64,000 bases of DNA, taken from NCBI GenBank assembly GCA_963711895.1, contig CAVQFU010000002.1, forward strand, positions 20,021 through 84,020. Direction: 5' to 3'. A program made the position numbers and the translations under genes. Position 1 is the first letter of the stretch; each line of letters begins with the position of its first letter. The notes beneath the pieces are model-generated. The model worked only from the letters and a program-made list of their open reading frames with translations, was not told where the DNA came from and ran no database searches. Origin of the DNA: an uncultured Acidobacteriota bacterium. GTDB lineage: Bacteria; Actinomycetota; Acidimicrobiia; Spongiisociales; ZC4RG35. Shown piece by piece: positions 1 through 9,224 of the stretch.

Positions 1-481
1 GGCCACCGATGAGCGGGCCGATGAACTGACCGATTCTCATCGTTCCGCCCACCATCGACATGACCCGACCCCGATGGCGCAGGGGTGTGGCCTCGGTGGC
101 ATAGGCGAGACGTGCGAGGGCCCAAATCGCCCAGGCGCCTCCCATGAGAAAGACGAGGACCGCGAACACCGGGAGGGAAGGCCCTAATCCGATCCCGAGC
201 GCGACGAGGCCAAGACCCGCCGTGGCGATGAGCATCGCCCACCGCTCGCCGACGCGGGCGACGAGTTGGCCAGCCGGGAGGTCGAAGAAAAGGGTGCCGA
301 TGCCACGAAGGGCGACGATCGCTCCGGCCAGAGCCGGCGAGGCTCCGAGGTCCAGGGCGACGAGGGCGATAACGGGAGTGGCCGCCCCCTGGCCGATGGC
401 GAAGAGGATGCCGGGCACGTAGACCGTGCGGGTGAGAGAGGCGACCCGAAACTGCTTGTCGCCGTCGGGGGTCTCGCTCAC
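1..481 (-). CDS. MFS transporter (3' end runs off the window)
   Basis: Manual translation from GTG 481: MSETPDGDKQFRVASLTRTVYVPGILFAIGQGAATPVIALVALDLGAS...GQLVARVGER... It has hydrophobic helices and an MFS motif-A-like loop. Confidence 0.85.
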   Translation of the reverse strand, partial: MSETPDGDKQFRVASLTRTVYVPGILFAIGQGAATPVIALVALDLGASPALAGAIVALRGIGTLFFDLPAGQLVARVGERWAMLIATAGLGLVALGIGLGPSLPVFAVLVFLMGGAWAIWALARLAYATEATPLRHRGRVMSMVGGTMRIGQFIGPLIGG

Positions 482-494
482 GGGCCGAAGCCAA

Positions 495-878
495 TCACCG
501 CTCCAGCCCGCCCAGATCCTCCAGGTATCGGCACAAGGCGGTAGCGTCGAAGTCGCCGAGGCCCGCCTCGCTCAACGCCTCGTAGACCGGGACCGCGGTG
601 CCCGTCTCCAGGCAGGGCGGCCCGGGCCGATCCTGCTCCGCGATCTCGGCGGCCACCGAAGCCAGGGCCGAGGTGGCGGGCAGAGAGAGAATCATGAGGT
701 CGGAGACCGCCGCTACCTCGTCGGCCGACTTCGCCGGCTCGCCGCCGATGTCTGCGAGGGTGGAGACCCTGCTTGGGTCGATGTCGAAGCCGAGCAACTG
801 GTGGCCCGCCTTTATCAGGTTTCGGGCCATGGCCGAGCCCATCACCCCGAGCCCGACAACTCCAATCGGCTCAGCCAT
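495..878 (-). pseudogene. NAD(P)-dependent 3-hydroxyisobutyrate/6PGD-family dehydrogenase, internally deleted
   Basis: The IGVVGLGVMGSAMARNL Rossmann start is joined directly to a family-type C-terminal helix (YEALSEAGLGDFDATAL). It is 127 aa versus about 290 expected. Confidence 0.65.
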
Positions 879-2418
879 CGTCGTCTCCGCGGAGGGGGAC
901 GGTGGAGACGACACCGCGATGACCATCCACCGCCACGATTTGCTCACCAGGAGGGATGCTGACACCACACACGGCCGGGACTCTGAGGGCGCGAGCAGAT
1001 TCGAAGAGATGGGCGGCCGGGCTGCCCGATTCTGTCACCAGCCCGGCGGCGTCCCAGAGCAGCGGAGCGAGATTGGGAATGGGCTGGGAGGCGACGATCA
1101 CTGCGCGGGGCCGGTAGTTGGCGCCTGAACCGTCGGGTGGGTATCTGCCAACCGAGACGCCGGCCCCGATGCCCGGAGAGGCCCCGCTGCCGTGCTGCCT
1201 GGTGCCGGCAGCGAGGACCACCGAGGCGACGAATGGCTCCCATCTGCCGATCCCGCGTCTGGGGGTTGGATCATCTCGTTCCAACTGTTGCACCAGGGCC
1301 AGTAGGGAAGCGGCGCGCTCTGGGTGGGGGGACCGAAGACTGGCGACCACCTGCAGAGCCGGCGACGGGTCGGCCCCGAGAAGCGTGGTCATGCACGATC
1401 GAGCCGCGTCCAGGGCGTCTTCGACGGGTAGCCCCCAGACCTGGGTCACGAGGTTGTCCCGCATCTGGTAGGCCCGGGCGTTCCCGTCCTCGGGAAGGTT
1501 GCCGACATATGGCTCGCCGTCGGGGAGACCACCCAGGGCCCAAGGCAGGATCAGCTCCTCGCCGAGGCGGCTCCCGGCCCTGACCGCCAACCGGGCAATT
1601 CGCAGGAGACGAGGATCGGCGGGAGGGGATTGGGCGTTCAGAGGCTGCACCGGAACGTCGGTTTCGCCCAGCTGCATCAGCCAGACCCGGCCCTCCAGTG
1701 CCCATTCACATCGGTTGGCGCCCAGTGTGTCCCGGGCTCGGGACAAGGTGTTGGCGATCGCGTCGAGAGTGTCGACGCCAAGCAGGTCGACCAGGTCGTC
1801 GCCGGCCCAGGCTCCTGCTCCGTCGCGTGCGGCCTCAAACCCAGGGCTCCATCCCTGGAGAAGGGCGGCGGGGGAGCCCTTGACACCGATCACGACGATC
1901 GACCCGTCCTCCGCGATCGTGGCCGTGCCTCCCGCCACAGGATCCACTGCGGGCTGGATGAGTACCGCCATCGGGAACGAACCTGGCTCGATTCCTGCCG
2001 CCTCCTGCCGTTCCAGGGCCGCCACGGAGAAGGCCGAAGCCCAGCATCCCGTGACGGCCCGGGGCAGGTCTGCGGGGGACAGGTCGAGATACGAGGTGAA
2101 GGCGCCCGACCACTCCCCGGAAGATTCGATGACGGTCGACGAGCGGGCCACCAGGATGTCGCCGAGCAGGGCTCCACGCTGGACGAGTTCTTCAGCGAAC
2201 GGGATCGGTTCGGCGCTCAATGCCAGCCGGGCCCCACCTGAGCCCCGGGTGGCCATCTTCTCAGCCCCGAGCCGGAGGTGGGCGAGGGAATCGGCGGTGT
2301 CGACTATCAGTCCGGGCAGGACCGGGAGCCCTGCTCGCCTGCCCATGGCGAGCCAGGCGGCCTTGGCCCCGACCCTGGCGGGGTCGAGGGCGGCCTCATG
2401 GTCGAGGTCGTGGATCAA
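871..2418 (-). CDS. PEP/pyruvate-binding (ATP-grasp) plus phospho-His swivel domain protein (small-molecule dikinase-like)
   Basis: VGAKAAWL, VARSS..E, GAFTSYL and MAVLIQP motifs, with C-terminal TESGSPAAH..AR..VPAVCG and VDG..G.V. Confidence 0.85.
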   Translation of the reverse strand: MIHDLDHEAALDPARVGAKAAWLAMGRRAGLPVLPGLIVDTADSLAHLRLGAEKMATRGSGGARLALSAEPIPFAEELVQRGALLGDILVARSSTVIESSGEWSGAFTSYLDLSPADLPRAVTGCWASAFSVAALERQEAAGIEPGSFPMAVLIQPAVDPVAGGTATIAEDGSIVVIGVKGSPAALLQGWSPGFEAARDGAGAWAGDDLVDLLGVDTLDAIANTLSRARDTLGANRCEWALEGRVWLMQLGETDVPVQPLNAQSPPADPRLLRIARLAVRAGSRLGEELILPWALGGLPDGEPYVGNLPEDGNARAYQMRDNLVTQVWGLPVEDALDAARSCMTTLLGADPSPALQVVASLRSPHPERAASLLALVQQLERDDPTPRRGIGRWEPFVASVVLAAGTRQHGSGASPGIGAGVSVGRYPPDGSGANYRPRAVIVASQPIPNLAPLLWDAAGLVTESGSPAAHLFESARALRVPAVCGVSIPPGEQIVAVDGHRGVVSTVPLRGDDDG

Positions 2419-2424
2419 ACCCGG

Positions 2425-3663
2425 TCAGATGACCGAGATGATCTCGTGTGAGGCGTAGCTGGAGACCATCTCGATTCCCGTGTCAGTCACGTACAGCATC
2501 TCCTCGAGACGCACGCCGTGATCGTGGAGTTTTCCGTGTTGGGTCTCGAGGGCGAAGGTCATACCGGGCTGGATCTCGACCGGGTGGTCCAGCGACCAGA
2601 TGCGCGAAATGACCGGCGGGTCGTACTGGGCGAGGCCGAGACCGTGGCCCCAGAAGTTGGCCGCCGCCTGGTCTTCCTCCTCGTAGCCCCACACCTCCTT
2701 GGCGGAAGGCCACTTCGAAGCGACGTCGGCCGTGGTGACCCCGGGCCCGGTCGCCTCGATGGAGTCCCAGAGCCACTTGTGGGCCAGGTCGTACGTCTTC
2801 TGATGCTCGTCGGTTGGCTTGCCGCCGACGCAATAGGTGCGATAGACACACGACTTGAAGCCGTTCCAGGTGAGCGCGGCCAGGTCGACGATCACCAGCT
2901 CGCCGGGGCGGATCATCCGGTCGGAGAAGTTCCTCCAGTTGGGCCACGCATTCGGGCCCGACGAGACGATCACGTCCTCGACGTCCTCCATCCCCGGCAG
3001 GGAGTACAGCTTCTCGAAGCCGAAGGCCGCCACCTCGTTCTCGGTCAGCCCGGGCTTGATGTAGTTGGTGATCTCGTAGTGGACGTAGTCACAGATCGCA
3101 CCGACGATCGAGAACGCCTTGATCTCATCGGGGCTCTTGATGGCCCGAGCCTCCATCATCGGAGTCATTCCGTCGGTCCAGCTGATCCCGCGCTCCTCGA
3201 ACTGCTTGATCAGGTTGATGTCGATGAAGTCGACCCCGAGCGGCTGATCCTTGACTCCCGCCTCCTCCAGGTCGTTGAGGAGGGAGTTGATGAACTTGGT
3301 GACCTGCTGCTCCGCGGCAGGGCCAACTGCCCCCTTGATCCAGGAGTAGGAGTAGCGGATGTTCTCCTCGGGGATCCAGGGGTTGTGAACTTTGAGGTGG
3401 AAGCCGATGTCACCCTGCTCGTAGACGATCGGGGGCTTGCCCGCTGTCAAGACGACATAGCGGAGACCGGGCTTGAGGCGGTTCCAGCCCGGGGTCAGGG
3501 TCGAGGAGACGTATCTCATGTTCTCGTCGTACATGAGGAGGAGGGCTCCGAGACCGTGGCGCTCCATTGCGGCATGGGCCCGCTTCAGCCTCCAATCACG
3601 CACATTGGCCCAGTTGATGCCCTCTTTCCAGTCCGTGCTCAGCGCGAAGAACGCTTCTCTCAT
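2425..3663 (-). CDS. M24 (Xaa-Pro peptidase/creatinase-like) family protein
   Basis: RAIKSPDEI, GHGLGL, GMTFALET and GVRLEE motifs. Confidence 0.9.
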   Translation of the reverse strand: MREAFFALSTDWKEGINWANVRDWRLKRAHAAMERHGLGALLLMYDENMRYVSSTLTPGWNRLKPGLRYVVLTAGKPPIVYEQGDIGFHLKVHNPWIPEENIRYSYSWIKGAVGPAAEQQVTKFINSLLNDLEEAGVKDQPLGVDFIDINLIKQFEERGISWTDGMTPMMEARAIKSPDEIKAFSIVGAICDYVHYEITNYIKPGLTENEVAAFGFEKLYSLPGMEDVEDVIVSSGPNAWPNWRNFSDRMIRPGELVIVDLAALTWNGFKSCVYRTYCVGGKPTDEHQKTYDLAHKWLWDSIEATGPGVTTADVASKWPSAKEVWGYEEEDQAAANFWGHGLGLAQYDPPVISRIWSLDHPVEIQPGMTFALETQHGKLHDHGVRLEEMLYVTDTGIEMVSSYASHEIISVI

Positions 3664-3694
3664 CCCTACTCATGCCTCCGTGTGGGTTGCTTGG

Positions 3695-4927
3695 TCAGTC
3701 GACCCTATCCGGGATCACTTCGCGGACGATCTCGAGGAACTCGTCGTCCTCGAGGAGCCCCTTCTTGGCCAGTGAGCGGCCCTTGACTTCGGCCAGGATG
3801 GCCTCGATCTCCTTGGTCTCGGCATCGTTGATCCCGTGAGCGCCGAGCCAGATCGCCACCGAATCGAGACCGGAGCCCTTGCCGAGGACGATCTTCGGGT
3901 CGGCTTGTCCGACCAACTCGGGACGGAATGGGAAGGGCTCGAGGAGCTCGTCTCCGACGTTCTTCACCCAGGTGGCGATGATCCCGGACTCGACGTTGTA
4001 GAGCATTTCGCCGGTGACCGGCCGGTTGCCGGGCTGGGTGACTCCCGAGAGGTCGGCCACCATGCGGGCGATCTCGGTGAACTTGGTGGTGTCGATACCG
4101 GTGTCGATGCCATACATGGTGAGCAGGGCGAGGACGGTCTCCTCCGTCGGCGCGTTTCCGGCCCGCTCGCCGATCCCGCTGACCGTGGTGTGGATCACCG
4201 AGGCTCCTTCGGCGACGGCGAGGGCGGTGTTGGCCACTCCCATGCCAAAATCCATGTGGAAGTGGGTCTCGAGGGGGACCGCCATCCTTTCCCGAACCCG
4301 CTGGGTGTAGTAGCGAATGGCGTGAGGTGAGGTCACGCCGAAGGTGTCGACGAGGGCGATGTTGTCGACATGGCCATCGGTGGCGACCTGCTCCAGATCG
4401 TCGAGGAGCTCGGTCATCGTCGCTCGGGTGGCATCGATAGGGAAGAACGTCACTTTCAGACCGTTGTCGTGGGCGTACTTGGTGGCATCCACCGAGGCTT
4501 CTATCGCCTTCTCGACCGGCCACCGGTACGCCTTCTCGATGAGGTGATGGCTGGCCGGCACCTCCATCACCACGCCGCTGACCCCGCAGTCGAGGGCGAG
4601 CTCGACGTCAGGGACCATGCATCGGCTGAAGGCGTATATCTCGGTGGGGAGGCCCTCGGCCACCATTCGCTTTATCGCATCGGCATCGGAGGGGGAGACA
4701 GCGGGGAGACCTGCTTCGATGCGATGGATGCCCGCCTCGGCCAGGGCGGTTGCGATCCGCACCTTGTCGTCAGAGGTGAACTCGACTCCGGCTTGCTGTT
4801 CCCCGTCGCGGAGGGTCACATCGTGAACCTGGACATTCGAAGGGATCGAGAACCCCTCGGTCACCTCTGGCAGGTAATTCCAGGGACTCGAGAACCAGAG
4901 GTCGGTCTTCCAAGGCTCTCGGTCCAT
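3695..4927 (-). CDS. HMGL-like DRE-TIM metallolyase (isopropylmalate/homocitrate/citramalate synthase family)
   Basis: DVTLRDGEQ, HFHMDFGMGVAN and GIGERAGNA motifs. SD GAGGAG precedes ATG 4927. Confidence 0.88.
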   Translation of the reverse strand: MDREPWKTDLWFSSPWNYLPEVTEGFSIPSNVQVHDVTLRDGEQQAGVEFTSDDKVRIATALAEAGIHRIEAGLPAVSPSDADAIKRMVAEGLPTEIYAFSRCMVPDVELALDCGVSGVVMEVPASHHLIEKAYRWPVEKAIEASVDATKYAHDNGLKVTFFPIDATRATMTELLDDLEQVATDGHVDNIALVDTFGVTSPHAIRYYTQRVRERMAVPLETHFHMDFGMGVANTALAVAEGASVIHTTVSGIGERAGNAPTEETVLALLTMYGIDTGIDTTKFTEIARMVADLSGVTQPGNRPVTGEMLYNVESGIIATWVKNVGDELLEPFPFRPELVGQADPKIVLGKGSGLDSVAIWLGAHGINDAETKEIEAILAEVKGRSLAKKGLLEDDEFLEIVREVIPDRVD

Positions 4928-5031
4928 TTCACTGCTCCTCACCCGTTCGACAGGACGATCCTGCATCATATACGATCGATAATCGAGCAGAGCAAACAGG
5001 ATCGATCCTCTCACCGGCCCCGGACCTCAGG

Positions 5032-5952
5032 ATGAGCCGGAAAACACTGTGGATTGGGGGTTATGGGCCTAGGGAGAGTGCCCACGGGGACGGTCTCGAC
5101 GCCTTCAAACGGGCCGTCGAAGAGGGAACCGAAGGCGACGTCGCCGTCGATGTCACCTGGAACATCATGGATGATGGGCGGCCCAACACCGATCTATTCG
5201 ATCTGGTCGAGGCTGGGGAGATGTTCATGTGCTACTTCTCCTCCAGCTATCTCGGGAACCGGGTGCCGGAGCTGAATGTGCTGGAGACACCTTTCCTGTT
5301 CCCCGACCTGGCCACCGCGCATCGGGCCCTCGACGGTGAGCTCGGTGACGCACTTGCCGGCACGGTGCGGGCCGCGACCGGATTCGAAGTTCTCGGGTTC
5401 TGGGACAACGGGTTCCGGCACATGACCAATCGCCATCGCCCCATCCGCACCCCTGACGACTCGCGCGGGATGACGGTGCGGCTCCAGCCGAATGCCATCC
5501 ACGAGGAGTTGATCCGATCGTGGGGAGCGATTCCGGTGGCGGCCGAGCTAAGCGCGGGCATCCAGATGATCTCCCGTCTCGAAGTGGACGCCCAGGAGAA
5601 CCCCCTGGCCAACACGGTGGCATATGGGGTCGATCGGGTCCATCGTCACATCACGATGACCGCACATCTCTATGGAGCCAGGGGACTCTTCTCCCACCGG
5701 CCCACGTGGGATGACTTCGAGCCCGACCTCCGCCAGGTGGTGCACGGGGCAGCACGCGCAGCCATCGAGGTGCAACGACGAGCAGCCGCCGAGATGGAGT
5801 CTCATCTTCGGGCAAGATTGGAGGATGACGGAGTCGAGTTCGTGGATCTGACCGACAAGGAGCGCTCCGTCTTCGTGGAGACCTCGGCACCCGCCATCGC
5901 CATGGCCCATGAGGGGCTGTCGGAGGACCTATTCGAGATGACCCGGCCATGA
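5032..5952 (+). CDS. TRAP transporter substrate-binding protein (DctP family), no obvious signal peptide
   Basis: LETPFLF, WDNGFRHMT, GMTVR and VDAQENP motifs. Confidence 0.85.
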   Translation: MSRKTLWIGGYGPRESAHGDGLDAFKRAVEEGTEGDVAVDVTWNIMDDGRPNTDLFDLVEAGEMFMCYFSSSYLGNRVPELNVLETPFLFPDLATAHRALDGELGDALAGTVRAATGFEVLGFWDNGFRHMTNRHRPIRTPDDSRGMTVRLQPNAIHEELIRSWGAIPVAAELSAGIQMISRLEVDAQENPLANTVAYGVDRVHRHITMTAHLYGARGLFSHRPTWDDFEPDLRQVVHGAARAAIEVQRRAAAEMESHLRARLEDDGVEFVDLTDKERSVFVETSAPAIAMAHEGLSEDLFEMTRP

Positions 5953-6695
5953 ACCACGACTTCGAGGACCGAGTCGTAGTTGTAACCGGAGCCGCTGTCG
6001 GCATCGGGAGGGCCACGGCCGCCGCGTTCGGCAACGCAGGCGGCATCGTCTATCTCGTCGACATCGACGCAGATGCTGGATTGGCCTCGGCCGGTGCGGT
6101 CGGTGACGCCACCTTCATCCATTGCGACCTGACTTTGGAGGATGAGGTTGCAGCGGCTGTCGAGGCCATCGACCAAACTTCCGGGCGAATCGACATCCTG
6201 GTGAACAACGCCGGCGGGTTCCCCGAGGCGCTCGGGCTGGAGGAGACCTCGTTGGAAGAGTGGCATCGAATCCTCGACGCCAACCTGACCTCCGTGTTTC
6301 TGATGACACGAGCCTCTCTTCCCCTGTTGCGCCGTTCGGATGCCGGACGCATCGTCAACCTCGGGTCGCTGGCCGGACAGACGGCGGGTTGGCAGACGGC
6401 CCCTCCATATGTCGCCGCCAAAGCCGGAGTGCATGGTCTGACCCGCGTCCTCGCCACCGAGCTCGCCGGCGAGGGCATCACTGTGAACGCCGTTGCCCCA
6501 TCGGCCGTGCTGACAGAGCGCATCGCCAGGCTTCGCAGCGAGTCAGAGCTCGCATCCACCGCCGCATCCATTCCCCTCGGCCGGTATCAGTCACCGGAGG
6601 AGGTGGCCGAGTGGGTGCTGTTCCTGTCCTCGCCTGCGGCGGGCTTCATGACGGGTCAGACCGTGTCGGTAAACGGCGGTAGGTTCATGGCATGA
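5949..6695 (+). CDS. SDR family oxidoreductase
   Basis: TGAAVGIG, NNAG and YxxxK (YVAAK). Confidence 0.92.
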   Translation: MNHDFEDRVVVVTGAAVGIGRATAAAFGNAGGIVYLVDIDADAGLASAGAVGDATFIHCDLTLEDEVAAAVEAIDQTSGRIDILVNNAGGFPEALGLEETSLEEWHRILDANLTSVFLMTRASLPLLRRSDAGRIVNLGSLAGQTAGWQTAPPYVAAKAGVHGLTRVLATELAGEGITVNAVAPSAVLTERIARLRSESELASTAASIPLGRYQSPEEVAEWVLFLSSPAAGFMTGQTVSVNGGRFMA

Positions 6696-6711
6696 CGCCT
6701 GGGAGGGTCTC

Positions 6712-7095
6712 TTGGCCGAGCTGATCCGCTTCGACGAGGCCGATCCGGTGGCGAGAGGAGACGGGATCGAGAGCATCCGTCTGACCCCGACGCCGCTCGA
6801 AGGCCAGGGATTCACCATGGGTGTCACCAGCTTTCCGCCCGGGACCAGCATCCGCCTCCACAGTCACAACACCATCGAGCAGGTGACGATGCTGGAGGGT
6901 GAGGGTCTCGCCGAGCTGAACGGCGAGCAGGTCGAGGCACGGCCCTACGACACGACTCAAATCGCCCCGGGGGAGTGGCACCGGTTCATCAACACCGGGG
7001 CCGCCACGATGAGGATCCTCTGGGTGTACGGGAGCACCGAGGTCACCCGAACCTTTGCCGACACCGGGGAGACCGTGGACCAATTCGAGAGGTGA
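6712..7095 (+). CDS. cupin domain protein
   Basis: LHSHNTIEQV and IAPGEWHRFIN cupin motifs. Confidence 0.88.
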   Translation: MAELIRFDEADPVARGDGIESIRLTPTPLEGQGFTMGVTSFPPGTSIRLHSHNTIEQVTMLEGEGLAELNGEQVEARPYDTTQIAPGEWHRFINTGAATMRILWVYGSTEVTRTFADTGETVDQFER

Positions 7096-8129
7096 GATTC
7101 GCCTTCGAGCGTCTCGTCGCCTTCTCAAGGGATGCCCTGGTCGCAGTCGATGTGCTCCCCGCTCACGCCGAAGTGACCGCCCGCCGGTTGCTCGAAGCCG
7201 ATCTGCGAGGGAGGAGAGGCCACGGCCTGATCCGGATCCCCCAGTACGTGATGAGGATCGAGGCGGGTGGCATCAATCTGCGTCCCGAGATCTCGGTCCT
7301 CCGGGAGACACCGGTGAGCGCGCTGGTCGATGGTGACAATGGGCTCGGCCAGGTCGTGATGACCTTTGCCGCCGAGACCGCCACGGCCAAGGCCACCGAA
7401 TCGGGCATGGCCTGGGTAGGCACCGTCCATTCCAACCACGCCGGCGCCGCCGGCGTGTACACCACGATGGCGGTTCGCCAGGACCTGATCGCCCTCTACA
7501 TCGCCGTAGCCAGTGCCAACGTCATGCCGCCGTGGGGTGGGCAGGAGAGGTTGCTCGGGACCAACCCGATCTCGATCGCGATCCCTGTCGGACACGGGCC
7601 TCCCTTCGTCCTCGACATTGCAACCACCGTCACATCCCATGGCTCGATCAAGGTGTTGGCCCAGGCCGGCGAGCCGATGCCCGAGGGCTGGGTGGTCGAT
7701 CTCGAGGGCAAGCCGATCTTGGATCCGAATCGGGCCGACGAGGGCTTCCTCATGCCCATCGGCGGTTACAAGGGGTCAGGGCTCAACATCGGTCTCGGCT
7801 TGCTCGCCGGGGTGCTCAATGGCGCCGCGTTCGGGGACGAGGTGATCGATCATCGAAAGGTGCCGGGACAGGCTGCGAACACAGGTCAGGCGATGTTCGT
7901 GATGCGACCCGACCTGTTCGGGGACCTCGACGAATTTCGCGTCGGCATCGATCACCACCTGGGTGCCCTCCGCGCCGCCGGCCCGCCGGGATCGGTCCAG
8001 CTCCCGGGTGATATCGCTGCCGCCCTGGAGGAGGAGCAGTCCGAAGAAGGGATCCGGGTCGGCGAGGTCCTCCTCGGCCAGCTCCGTGATCTCGGAGCGA
8101 GGCTGGGAGTGGACGACCGGCTCGACTGA
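7092..8129 (+). CDS. Ldh_2 (malate/L-lactate/sulfolactate-type) dehydrogenase
   Basis: EADLRG..GHG, VDGDNGLGQ, SNHAG, GTNPI and GGYKGSGL. The GTG overlaps the cupin stop. Confidence 0.9.
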   Translation: MRFAFERLVAFSRDALVAVDVLPAHAEVTARRLLEADLRGRRGHGLIRIPQYVMRIEAGGINLRPEISVLRETPVSALVDGDNGLGQVVMTFAAETATAKATESGMAWVGTVHSNHAGAAGVYTTMAVRQDLIALYIAVASANVMPPWGGQERLLGTNPISIAIPVGHGPPFVLDIATTVTSHGSIKVLAQAGEPMPEGWVVDLEGKPILDPNRADEGFLMPIGGYKGSGLNIGLGLLAGVLNGAAFGDEVIDHRKVPGQAANTGQAMFVMRPDLFGDLDEFRVGIDHHLGALRAAGPPGSVQLPGDIAAALEEEQSEEGIRVGEVLLGQLRDLGARLGVDDRLD

Positions 8130-8134
8130 ACCGA

Positions 8135-9217
8135 TCAGGCCGGGGGCGAGGCGATCGACCATCGGACATGGCCGGGTGTGATGTCGGCTACCGACCGGCA
8201 GCCGATGTTGGCCATGGTGCTGCTGATCTCGTGTTCGAGGATCTCCAATACGCGCTCGAGTGCTTTGGCGCCACCGACCGCCAACCCCCAGCACTGAAGA
8301 CGCCCGATGCCGACCGCCCGGGCACCGAGGGCGAGCGCCTTGCACACGTCTGCGCCGCGGGTGAAGCCGCTGTCGACCGCCACCTCTCCCGACGGGCCAA
8401 GCGCTTCGACTATCTCGGCCAAGACCTCGGTCGTGCTGAGACCCTGATCGACCATGCGCCCGCCATGATTGGAGACATAGACGGCGGCCACTCCGCAGTC
8501 GACCGCCTCCAAGGCGTCCTCGGCGGTCATGACCCCTTTCACGGTCACCGGCAAATCGGTGTGGGCGCAGAGCCAGGCGAGGTCGGGCCAGGTGAACGTC
8601 GCCCGATAGGTGTAATCGAATCCGTGCCGGTTCAGGCTGTCCGTCCCTTCCGCCGGCACCGCCCAACCGAAGTCGCTCTCGATGCTCCGGTCGCGTCGTC
8701 CGATCACCGGCGAGTCGACTGTCACGCAGATCCCGGCGAACCCCGCCTGCTCGGCACGGTCGGCGATTTCGCGCATCCAGGTTCGATCACCCATCGGATA
8801 GATCTGGAAGAAGTGTCGGCCGGGCGCGGTGGCCGCCACCTCTTCCCATGACGACCCGGTGAGCATGGCGCAGAAAGCCGATGTCCCGCGTCGGGTCGCT
8901 GCCCCCGCCGCAGCCAGTGCATCGCCAGGGTCGTACAGCCCGAGCGCGGCGACGGGGGCGAGCATTACGGGGACTGCCAGCGGCACTCCGACGAACGAAG
9001 AAGTGGTGTCGACACTGCTCACGTCCCGCAGCATCCGCGGGATGAGGGCCAGGCGGTTGAGGGCCAGGGAATTGCGTGTCGTTGTCACTCCCTGGCCGGC
9101 ACCGGCATCTCCCCATTCGTAGGGGCCGGGCTCGATCGACTCACGAGCACGAGCAATGACCTGGTCGATGGTCACCAGGTCATCGAAATTGGTGGAGTCG
9201 GTCACCGAGACATCCAT
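8135..9217 (-). CDS. FMN-dependent alpha-hydroxy-acid oxidase/dehydrogenase
   Basis: PVTVKGV, VSNHGGR, DSGFTRGADVCKALALGA. Confidence 0.92.
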   Translation of the reverse strand: MDVSVTDSTNFDDLVTIDQVIARARESIEPGPYEWGDAGAGQGVTTTRNSLALNRLALIPRMLRDVSSVDTTSSFVGVPLAVPVMLAPVAALGLYDPGDALAAAGAATRRGTSAFCAMLTGSSWEEVAATAPGRHFFQIYPMGDRTWMREIADRAEQAGFAGICVTVDSPVIGRRDRSIESDFGWAVPAEGTDSLNRHGFDYTYRATFTWPDLAWLCAHTDLPVTVKGVMTAEDALEAVDCGVAAVYVSNHGGRMVDQGLSTTEVLAEIVEALGPSGEVAVDSGFTRGADVCKALALGARAVGIGRLQCWGLAVGGAKALERVLEILEHEISSTMANIGCRSVADITPGHVRWSIASPPA

Positions 9218-9224
9218 CGCTTCC

